A stretch of DNA of 64,000 nucleotides from Acidobacteriota bacterium (lineage in GTDB: Bacteria > Acidobacteriota > Thermoanaerobaculia > Multivoradales > JAHEKO01), in the NCBI GenBank assembly GCA_029862975.1, contig JAOTWP010000002.1, positions 26,287 through 90,286 on the forward strand. Direction: 5' to 3'. Of this stretch, positions 57,191-64,000 are shown in pieces. The notes under the pieces are model-generated. The model ran no database searches and was not told the DNA's origin. It saw only the letters and a list, made by a program, of their open reading frames with translations. Within the stretch, counting starts at the first letter, position 1. Every line of letters starts with the position of its first letter. The translations under genes and the position numbers were made by a program.

Positions 57191-57262
57191 CCCCGGCTGC
57201 AACCCCCCGGCTGCAACCACGGGAGAGCTGACGCGTAGATACCTTGTGACGCAAGATATAAT
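57191..57262 (+). promoter_or_regulatory. Divergent GNAT/padR intergenic region with a perfect 14-bp tandem direct repeat, TGACGC half-repeats and a TATAAT box abutting the padR start.
   Basis: CCCCGGCTGCAACC occurs twice back-to-back (57191-57204, 57205-57218). TGACGCGTAGATA and TGACGCAAGATAT follow. TATAAT lies at 57257-57262. Confidence 0.3.
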
Positions 57263-57275
57263 GTCTTCAGAAATC

Positions 57276-57674
57276 ATGGCGCGACGAGACACCGAGCCTC
57301 GAACCTTGACCCCGCTACCTGCCCTGGAGACGTGGCGCGAGCAGCTGCGGCGCGGCGGCCTCGATCTGGCCATCCTGCTCTCCGTCTCGTCCACCGCCCG
57401 CTACGGCCTGGAGATCATCCGGCATCTCCAGGCATCGACCGACCTGGTGGTCACCGAGGGGACGATCTACCCGATCCTGGCCCGCCTGACGAGCAGCGGC
57501 CTCGTCGAGGCCGAGTGGGTAGCCGGCGAGACGCCGCACCCGCGCAAGTACTACCGGCTGAGCGGCGAGGGCCGGAAGGCGCTGGCGACCATGATCGGCC
57601 ACTGGACCTCGTTCCGGCGCAAGATCGACCGCCTGATCGAGCGCGAGAAAGGAAGCGGCGATGAGACTGAGTGA
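57276..57674 (+). CDS. PadR-family transcriptional regulator.
   Basis: Winged-helix signature YGLEIIRHL...GTIYPILARLTSSGLVEAEW...RKYYRLSGEG. Start ATG 57276 is favoured because TATAAT overlaps the upstream ATG at 57261 (near-leaderless). Confidence 0.8.
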   Translation: MARRDTEPRTLTPLPALETWREQLRRGGLDLAILLSVSSTARYGLEIIRHLQASTDLVVTEGTIYPILARLTSSGLVEAEWVAGETPHPRKYYRLSGEGRKALATMIGHWTSFRRKIDRLIEREKGSGDETE

Positions 57675-58296
57675 GGCAAGCGAGGCCCGCGTGCGGGGCT
57701 ACCTGTTCATCCTGAAGCGCTCGCTCGAGACGTTCATGCCACGGACGACGATGGACGACGCTCTCCGCGAGCTCGAGTCGCACCTGCGCGAGCGCCTCGA
57801 CCAGGTCGCGCCCGAGCCGGACGAGCGAACGGCGCTCGAGGCGGTGCTGGCCGAGCTCGGCCACCCCTCGAAGGTCGCCCAGGCCTACTCCGGCGAGCTC
57901 TTGATCGACGAAGCGGTCGCCACCGGGAGGGCCGGCGCCATGGCCCGCGCGCTCTGGCACCTGGCCACCACGACGGTGCTCGGCTTCCTGCTGGCGCTCG
58001 GCCTCTTGAGCGGGTACTCCATCGGCTTCTCGCTCTTCGCGGTCGCGGCGCTCAAGCCGATCTTCCCCGGCAACGTCGGGCTCCTGGTCGCGGACGGGCT
58101 GCCGCGAGCGTTCGGGGTCTTCGGGTCGATTCCCCCGGGAAGCGAGGTCCGGGGCGGCTACTGGATCGTCCCCATCGCTCTCGCGCTCGGCCTCGCCCTC
58201 CTCGTCGCCACCCACCGCGGGTCGCGGCGAGCGCTCCTCTGGTGGCGAGGGCGCCGATCCGCGGGTCTCGAAGGCCCGACCCGGCCGAGCAGCTGA
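57661..58296 (+). CDS. DUF1700-family membrane protein, the usual PadR partner.
   Basis: N-terminal helical domain (MRLSEASEARVRGYLFILKRSLE...DDALRELESHLRERLD) and C-terminal TM helices. Overlaps the padR end by 14 nt. Confidence 0.7.
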   Translation: MRLSEASEARVRGYLFILKRSLETFMPRTTMDDALRELESHLRERLDQVAPEPDERTALEAVLAELGHPSKVAQAYSGELLIDEAVATGRAGAMARALWHLATTTVLGFLLALGLLSGYSIGFSLFAVAALKPIFPGNVGLLVADGLPRAFGVFGSIPPGSEVRGGYWIVPIALALGLALLVATHRGSRRALLWWRGRRSAGLEGPTRPSS

Positions 58297-58356
58297 GCCA
58301 ACCGGAGCGGCCTCGGGACTCGTCCGGCGCCCCGGGCACCGCGATTCGTCCCGAGG

Positions 58357-60348
58357 TCAGTCGGTGACGACCAGGGGCAGCTCGACGTAGCTCGCGTGGT
58401 CCGGGGAGTGATAGACGCGCTGCACCGCCTTGGCGAAGTCCTCGGGCGCGGCCCAGAAGATGCTCGGCACGAAGGTCTGCGGGTTGCGATCGTAGAGCGG
58501 GAACCAGCTCGACTGGACCTGCACCATGATGCGGTGGCCGCGGCGGAAGACGTGGTGGGCCGTCGGCAGCGCGAAGCGGTAGAGCAGGGGCTCGCCGGGC
58601 GCGAGCGCCCCGGGCGTCTCGAGGCTCTCGCGGTAGCGGCCGCGGAAGATGTCGGCCGCGACCATCAGCTGGTAGCCGCCCATCTCGGGCTGCGCGGCGA
58701 CCTCGTCGGGGTAGACGTCGATCAGCTTGACGACCCAGTCGGAGTCGGTGCCGCTCGTCGCGGCCACGAGGTGGACCCTCGGCGTGCCGCTCACCTTCAG
58801 CGGCTCGGCGAGCACGTCGGAGACGAACGCCAGGACGTCGGGCCGCCCCGAGGCCTCGCGCTGGTCGTCGACCAGCCACTCGCGCCAGGTCAGCCCGGGC
58901 CCCCCGCCGACCGGCTGGATGGGCCGCGCGCGGAAGGGCACGGGTTTCGCGGGGTCGGAGACGTACTCCGCGAACGGCGCTCCGGCGTCCGCCGGCGGGT
59001 CGAGCCCCAGCCGCGCGCCGGGGGCGAGGAAGAGGCGCGTCGCTTCGATCGTGCAGCCGGAAGCGCACCCGGCGGGCCACGCGTCCAGATGGCGCCAGGT
59101 GTTCGTGCCCGTCTCGAAGGCCACCACCGGCGCGAGCCGCGCGGCGGGCGCGCCGTCGATCAGGTGCTGGGCCAGGAACGGCCGCAGGATCTCCTGCCGG
59201 AAGTAGAGCGCCGTGTCGCTGCCGAACTCGAGCGCCCCCAGCGAGCTGCCGTCGCGGATCTGCTGCCCGTGATGCCAGGGACCCATCACCAGGAACACCC
59301 GATCGTTGCCCGTGTCCTTGGGCTCGAGGGCCCGGTAGACCGCCGGCGCCCCGTAGATGTCCTCCTGGTCCCAGAGCCCGTGGACGAGCATCACCGGCAC
59401 CGCGAGCGGCCGCGCGGCGAGCAGCCGGTCCACCGCCTGATCGCGCCAGAAGGCGTCGTAGGCGGGGTGCTCGAGGATCTTGCGCCAGAAGCCGACCTGC
59501 TCGAGGCCGCGGCTGCGGCCCAGGGCGCCGGCCGAGCCGGCCGCGAGGTAGGCGTCGTAGTCGTCGAAGTGGGCGCTCCACCACTTGAGCTTCGAGTCCC
59601 GGGTCGCCTGCTGGGAGTACATGTAGGGCATCATCTGCTGGCGGAAGGCGCCGTTGTGGAACCAGTCGTCGCCGAGCCAGCCGTCGACCATCGGGTTCAT
59701 CGGCACGGCCACCGCGAGCGCCGGGTGCGGGTCGACGAGCGCCATGAGCGGCAGGAAGCCGTCGTACGAGATGCCGAGGATCCCGACCTTGCCGTTGGTC
59801 TCGGGGACGTTCTCGACCAGCCAGTCGATCGTGTCCCAGGTGTCCGTCGCGTGATCGACGGGGGTGGGGTTCTGCGGCCCGCTCAGGGGCCGGTTCATCA
59901 CGTAGTCGCCCTCGGAGCCGTGCTTGCCGCGGACGTCCTGGACGACGCGGATGTAGCCGTCGTCGACGATCACGTCGGTCACGTTGTCGTAGCCCTGGAG
60001 CACCGGTCCGAGGTGCGCGCTCTCGGCGTGGGTCGTCAGCCCGTCGGCGTCGTAGGGGGTGCGGGTCAAGAGAATCGGCGCCCGCTCGGCCCCCTTGGGC
60101 ACGAGGATCACCGTGAAGAGCTTCACCCCGTCGCGCATCGGGATCATCACCTCGCGCCGCTCGTGGTCGAACGCCTCGGTGACCGGCACGAACTCGGCGG
60201 GCGTCTCGCTCGGATACTCGGGGTACGCGACGAGCTCGGCGTCGACTACCGCGGGCGCCTGCGCCGACACCGTGCCGGCCAGGAGCATCGTCCCGATCAG
60301 CGACCCGATCCTGACCCGCCAGCCCGCACCGCCTTCCGATCGCCACAT
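58357..60348 (-). CDS. Secreted CocE/NonD-family hydrolase (peptidase S15, X-Pro dipeptidyl-peptidase-like).
   Basis: GGAGG sits 7 nt upstream. Signal peptide. Catalytic Ser motif GILGISYDG. S15 N-terminal region TPYDADG. C-terminal beta-sandwich domain. Confidence 0.8.
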   Translation of the reverse strand: MWRSEGGAGWRVRIGSLIGTMLLAGTVSAQAPAVVDAELVAYPEYPSETPAEFVPVTEAFDHERREVMIPMRDGVKLFTVILVPKGAERAPILLTRTPYDADGLTTHAESAHLGPVLQGYDNVTDVIVDDGYIRVVQDVRGKHGSEGDYVMNRPLSGPQNPTPVDHATDTWDTIDWLVENVPETNGKVGILGISYDGFLPLMALVDPHPALAVAVPMNPMVDGWLGDDWFHNGAFRQQMMPYMYSQQATRDSKLKWWSAHFDDYDAYLAAGSAGALGRSRGLEQVGFWRKILEHPAYDAFWRDQAVDRLLAARPLAVPVMLVHGLWDQEDIYGAPAVYRALEPKDTGNDRVFLVMGPWHHGQQIRDGSSLGALEFGSDTALYFRQEILRPFLAQHLIDGAPAARLAPVVAFETGTNTWRHLDAWPAGCASGCTIEATRLFLAPGARLGLDPPADAGAPFAEYVSDPAKPVPFRARPIQPVGGGPGLTWREWLVDDQREASGRPDVLAFVSDVLAEPLKVSGTPRVHLVAATSGTDSDWVVKLIDVYPDEVAAQPEMGGYQLMVAADIFRGRYRESLETPGALAPGEPLLYRFALPTAHHVFRRGHRIMVQVQSSWFPLYDRNPQTFVPSIFWAAPEDFAKAVQRVYHSPDHASYVELPLVVTD

Positions 60349-60482
60349 GGTCGCCCCTCCTGCGTGGCGCTCCTGCGCCGCGCACCGACTATACCCACCC
60401 GCAGCGAAGGAGACTCACCCCCGAACCTGCTGCGGATCGGCAGTCTCGGCCTGCGGACCCGCCGCGCCGGCGGGGCCTCCGC

Positions 60483-61925
60483 TCACTCCTGCGCCGAAGG
60501 CTCGTCGACCGCGAACACCAGCGGCTCGCCGGAACAGGGGTCGGCGACGTCGGTGAGCGACGCGCTGAGCAGGAACTCCTCGACGACCGGGCGCAGACAG
60601 GTGAAGCCCGCGCCGTGGCTCTGGTCGCGGACGACGACGTGGCGGCTGTTCGGGAAGCTGCGGCGGACCGCCTCGGCGGCCTCGGCGGGGGTCGACGGAT
60701 CGTAGTAGCCGGAGACGAGCAACGTCGGGATCGGAGACGAGAAGTCGCGGTACCAGTCCGGCGCCGCCGGCGTGACCGGCCAGTTGTCGCAGGCGCCGCG
60801 GTACTCGGCGACGAGATAGCCGCCCAGGAAGGTCTCGGCCGTCTCGGCGGCGACGTCGACGCCGGCCAGCCGCGGAACGTCCTCGGCGCAGTAGGACGAC
60901 AGATGCAGACCGACGGCGACGACGCCGCCGAGGAGTGCGCTCGCCCGGTCGTAGAGCGCCTGCGCGAAGTACGAGAGGTCGCCGGTGGCGGCGGCGTGGT
61001 GCACCTCGGCGGGCAGCCGCGGGATCGTGCGCGCGCCGTACAGCACCCCCCGCAGGGCGTAGGCGAGATCGCCCGCCCGGACCTCGACCGTAGCCGCCGC
61101 GCCGTCCGCGCGCGCGATCGTCGTCGGCACGGGGCCGGCCTCGACGCGGTCGAAGACCCTCTTCAGGTCGGCCTCGAGCTCGGGGTAGGCCGCGGCGCAT
61201 CCGGGCTGGGCCTCGCAGTCGGCAACGACGCGCCGCCACGCCCGCTGCGCGTAGCCCGAGAAAGGCAGCGGCATCCGGTAGTCGATGGGCGTCACGCCGT
61301 CGAGCACGGCGGCGACGACCCGCTCCGGATGCTCGCGGACGAAGGCCTGGGCCGTCCGCGTCCCGCCCGAGCCCCCCCACAGGACGACCTTGCCGTAGCC
61401 CAGCGCGTCGAGAACCTCCGCCACGTCGGCCACGTAGTCGGCCGTGGTGTACTCGCTCGGGTCGGCGTGCTCCAGTACCCGTTCGTGGCACTCGCGGATC
61501 GCTTCCCGCGGCCACAGAGCACCGAACACCCGCTCGGGATCCGACGCGAGATCCGTCAGGCAGTGCATGGCGTTCGACTCGCCCGAGCCCCGCTGGCCGA
61601 TGAGGACGACGTCGCGCTTCTCGAGCACCCGCGGGTAGGCCTGGGTAGCGAGCGGGATGAGGGTGGGCGTTGCCTGGCCGGGTCCCCCGGGGAACATGAC
61701 GAGCGGCTCGGCGCTCGCGGCCGCCGCGCTCGGCAGCACCACGACCCGAACGCGGATCCTCCGTCCCTCGGGCGCAGCGCGGTTCTCCGCGACCTCGGCC
61801 CAGCCGCAACGGGCCGTCACGCCGAACTGGTCGGGGCAGGGCGTCAGAGAGACCTCGTTGGCCGCGGCCCCGGTCGCGACGAGCGACCCGAGGATCAGCG
61901 TCCAGATCCGGTGCCTGCCTCGCAT
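60483..61925 (-). CDS. Secreted alpha/beta-hydrolase (S33 proline iminopeptidase / tripeptidyl-aminopeptidase-like).
   Basis: Signal peptide. Nucleophile elbow GGSGG at about residue 205. HGAGF near the C-terminus. 480 aa. Confidence 0.7.
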   Translation of the reverse strand: MRGRHRIWTLILGSLVATGAAANEVSLTPCPDQFGVTARCGWAEVAENRAAPEGRRIRVRVVVLPSAAAASAEPLVMFPGGPGQATPTLIPLATQAYPRVLEKRDVVLIGQRGSGESNAMHCLTDLASDPERVFGALWPREAIRECHERVLEHADPSEYTTADYVADVAEVLDALGYGKVVLWGGSGGTRTAQAFVREHPERVVAAVLDGVTPIDYRMPLPFSGYAQRAWRRVVADCEAQPGCAAAYPELEADLKRVFDRVEAGPVPTTIARADGAAATVEVRAGDLAYALRGVLYGARTIPRLPAEVHHAAATGDLSYFAQALYDRASALLGGVVAVGLHLSSYCAEDVPRLAGVDVAAETAETFLGGYLVAEYRGACDNWPVTPAAPDWYRDFSSPIPTLLVSGYYDPSTPAEAAEAVRRSFPNSRHVVVRDQSHGAGFTCLRPVVEEFLLSASLTDVADPCSGEPLVFAVDEPSAQE

Positions 61926-61989
61926 ACCGCCTCCTCTCCCACCTGGATAGGCACTACGGCCGGCGCGGGCGGAGAGTTTCCCGATCCAG

Positions 61990-63057
61990 GTGTCGTCGCG
62001 GCCGCCTGGCTACAATGCCGCCGTGCGCCGGCTCCGGGTCCTGCTGCTTGCCGACACCCACCTCGGCTTCGACCTGCCACACCGGCCGCGGGTCGAGCGG
62101 CGGCGCCGCGGGCCCGATTTCTTCGCCAACTTCGAGCGCGCCCTGGCGCCGGCGCGGCGCGGGGAGGTGGATCTCGTGGTCCACGGCGGCGACGTCCTCT
62201 TCCGCAGCCGGGTGCGGCGCGAGCTCGTCCACCGCGCCTTCGCGCCGCTCGTCGAGGTCGCCGGGCTCGGTGTGCCGGTGGTCGTCGTGCCCGGCAACCA
62301 CGAGCGCTCGCAGATCCCCTTCCCCCTGCTCGCCGCCCACCCGCAAGTGCACATCCTCGACCGGCCGCGCACCGTCCGCCTCGAGGCCGGCGGGCTGGCC
62401 GTCGCCGTGGCGGGCTTTCCCTTCCAGCGGCAGGAGGCGAGAGCGCGCTTCCCGCGCCTCCTCGCCGAGACGGGCTGGCGCGACGCCGCGGCGCGGATCC
62501 GCCTGTTGTGCCTCCACCAGACCGTCGAAGGCGCGCGGGTCGGACCCTCCGGCTATACCTTCCGGGGCGGCGCCGACGTCGTCCGCGGCCGGGACATCCC
62601 GGCCGGCTTCGCCGCCGTCCTCGCCGGCCACATCCACCGGCGGCAGGTTCTGACCACCGATCTCGCCGGGCGGGCGCTCGCCGCGCCCGTCCTCTACCCG
62701 GGCTCGATCGAGCGCACCAGCGCCGCGGAGCGCCACGAGCCCAAGGGCTTCTTCACCCTCGAGCTGCGCCCCGGCGGCGCCGGCGGCCGCCTCGAGCGGT
62801 GGGCCTTCCACGAGCTTCCGGCCCGGCCGATGGTCGACCTCGAGGTCGCGGCCGCCGGCCTCGACGCCGCGCGGCTCGCCGCGCGCCTGCAAAGCCGGCT
62901 CGCGGCCGTCGATCCGGACGCCGTCGTGCGGCTCACGGTGATCGGCGAGGTGGCCCCCGGGGCCGCCACGGTGCTGGGCGCCGCCAGCCTGCGCTCCCTG
63001 GCCCCGCCGACCATGACCCTGACCCTGCGGCGGCCCCGCCAGACGCCGGTGCGCTGA
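61990..63057 (+). CDS. Calcineurin-like metallophosphoesterase (Mre11/SbcD-like).
   Basis: Motifs LLLADTHLG, VHGGDVLF, VVVPGNHE, GHIHRRQ. The tracked start is GTG 61990. A second GTG at 62023 (VRRLRVLLLAD) lies 7 nt after a TACAAT box (62011-62016) and may be the real, leaderless start. Confidence 0.75.
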   Translation: MSSRPPGYNAAVRRLRVLLLADTHLGFDLPHRPRVERRRRGPDFFANFERALAPARRGEVDLVVHGGDVLFRSRVRRELVHRAFAPLVEVAGLGVPVVVVPGNHERSQIPFPLLAAHPQVHILDRPRTVRLEAGGLAVAVAGFPFQRQEARARFPRLLAETGWRDAAARIRLLCLHQTVEGARVGPSGYTFRGGADVVRGRDIPAGFAAVLAGHIHRRQVLTTDLAGRALAAPVLYPGSIERTSAAERHEPKGFFTLELRPGGAGGRLERWAFHELPARPMVDLEVAAAGLDAARLAARLQSRLAAVDPDAVVRLTVIGEVAPGAATVLGAASLRSLAPPTMTLTLRRPRQTPVR

Positions 63058-63114
63058 ACCGCCGGCCGGCCGCGCGGCTTCCCGAAGGCTCCAACCCTTG
63101 AGAGGATGGGAGCA

Positions 63115-63283
63115 TGGGCAGACGAGGCGGGTACTCTCCAGAGGTGGGCGAGCGTGCCGTCCGCAGGGTCCTCGAGCAGGAGCGTCACCACTCGTCTCAG
63201 TGCCGCAGCCCGGTCAGCTGCATGCGCGTCGCGGCGAGACCTGCAAACGATGTCCAGCATGATCGGCATGCGTATCTATGACC
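63115..63283 (+). mobile_element. Possible N-terminal remnant of an IS3-family transposase OrfA (56-aa ORF), alternatively a small upstream ORF coupled to the antiporter gene.
   Basis: MGRRGGYSPEVGERAVRRVLEQE... resembles the M.KRR.YS.EFKREAVRLV.E helix-turn-helix start of IS3 OrfA, then diverges. GAGAGGA sits 7 nt upstream. Its TGA overlaps the antiporter ATG (ATGA). Confidence 0.25.
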
Positions 63284-64000
63284 GCGGCCCAGCTGTCCGT
63301 GGCCTTCTTCCTCCAGATGTTCTTCATCCTGGCGGTCTGCCGCCTCGTGGGGATGGCGGCGAGGAAGATCGGCCAGCCGCAGGTCGTGGGGGAGATGATC
63401 GCCGGCGTGCTGATGGGGCCGTCGCTGTTCGGCCTCGTGTGGCCACGGGCGCAGCAGTTTCTCTTTCCGCCGGACTCGCTGGAGGTGCTCTACGTCGGGG
63501 CCCAGCTGGGCGTGGGCCTGTACATGTTCATCGTGGGCATCGAGTTCAAGACCGACCTCTTCCGCAGCCGGGCCCGCAGCGCCGCGGCCGTGTCGCTGGC
63601 GGGCATCCTCGTGCCGTTCCTTCTCGGCGCCGCGCTGGCGCTGTGGCTCATTCGCGTGCCGGGGCTCATCGCCGAGTCGGTCGACCTGCACGAGGCGATG
63701 CTGTTCATGGGCGCCTCCATGGCCATCACCGCCTTTCCCATGCTGGCGCGCATCATCTACGAGCGCGGGCTGACCGGCACCGCGCTGGGCACGCTGGCGC
63801 TGGCGGCCGGCGCCATCGACGACGCGGTCGCCTGGTGCGTGCTGGCGGTCGTGCTGGCGAGCTTCGGCGGCGGGTGGGGCGGCGCCGCGCTGGCGATCGG
63901 CGGCGGAGCGGCGTACGCGGTGATCATCACCCTGCTGGGCCGGCGGGCCCTGGCGCCGCTGGGCACTGCCGCCGAGCGACATGGCGACATCACCCCCTCC
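63278..64000 (+). CDS. Cation:proton antiporter (CPA2, KefB/KefC-like), 3'-truncated by the window edge.
   Basis: MTAAQLSVAFFLQMFFILAVCRLVGMAARKIGQPQVVGEMIAGVLMGPSLFG matches the Kef-type N-terminus. Successive TM helices follow. The frame is open to nt 64000. High GC3. Confidence 0.8.
   Translation, partial: MTAAQLSVAFFLQMFFILAVCRLVGMAARKIGQPQVVGEMIAGVLMGPSLFGLVWPRAQQFLFPPDSLEVLYVGAQLGVGLYMFIVGIEFKTDLFRSRARSAAAVSLAGILVPFLLGAALALWLIRVPGLIAESVDLHEAMLFMGASMAITAFPMLARIIYERGLTGTALGTLALAAGAIDDAVAWCVLAVVLASFGGGWGGAALAIGGGAAYAVIITLLGRRALAPLGTAAERHGDITPS

Noticed and set aside
63197-63982. 261-aa minus-strand ORF.
   Set aside because: It is antisense to a clear KefB-like antiporter reading frame. 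His/Arg/Gln-rich nonsense.

Overview
This is a 64 kb high-GC (~70 % G+C) bacterial chromosomal segment. The TonB-dependent receptor, many lipobox lipoproteins and cyclophilin/YidD/cation-antiporter envelope genes fit a diderm host. No rRNA, tRNA or CRISPR array was recognised. Most long ORFs in the six-frame track that are antisense to the genes below are Arg/Pro/Gly-rich alternative-frame artefacts. The window opens with a partial GAF-PP2C phosphatase, a TPR-like protein, and a complete aceE-aceF-lpdA pyruvate dehydrogenase operon on the minus strand. Next comes an accessory envelope region. It holds a yeast-type cytosine deaminase, two SAM methyltransferases, and a tightly coupled operon of a Zn-ribbon methyltransferase, two radical SAM/SPASM enzymes and a Thr-type sulfatase-like lipoprotein. 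It also holds a glycoside-hydrolase-like protein, three translationally coupled secreted proteins, a strongly terminated secreted-protein gene, and two more paralogous sulfatase-like lipoproteins. A housekeeping stretch follows with cyclophilin, DUF971, YidD, DUF4870 and YigZ. It is followed by a complete bacillithiol operon bshC-bshB-bshA with an overlapping methyltransferase that may be NmbA. Further on are flavodoxin-like, DUF502, NUDIX and a 1059-aa fusion of a TLC-like transporter, HEAT repeats and a cNMP-binding domain. A TonB-dependent receptor comes next. The most interesting system is a translationally coupled TIR-domain gene plus a membrane-anchored STAND NTPase with WD40 repeats, which is a candidate NLR-like defence or signalling module. 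After it lie a 1406-aa double-ASKHA activase/dehydratase-like fusion, a degraded Rv0623/Rv0624-type vapBC locus, NfnAB-like oxidoreductase genes, a Tyr/Arg-rich secreted protein, a GNAT, a PadR/DUF1700 pair, two secreted peptidases, a metallophosphoesterase, a possible IS3 OrfA remnant and a partial CPA2 antiporter.
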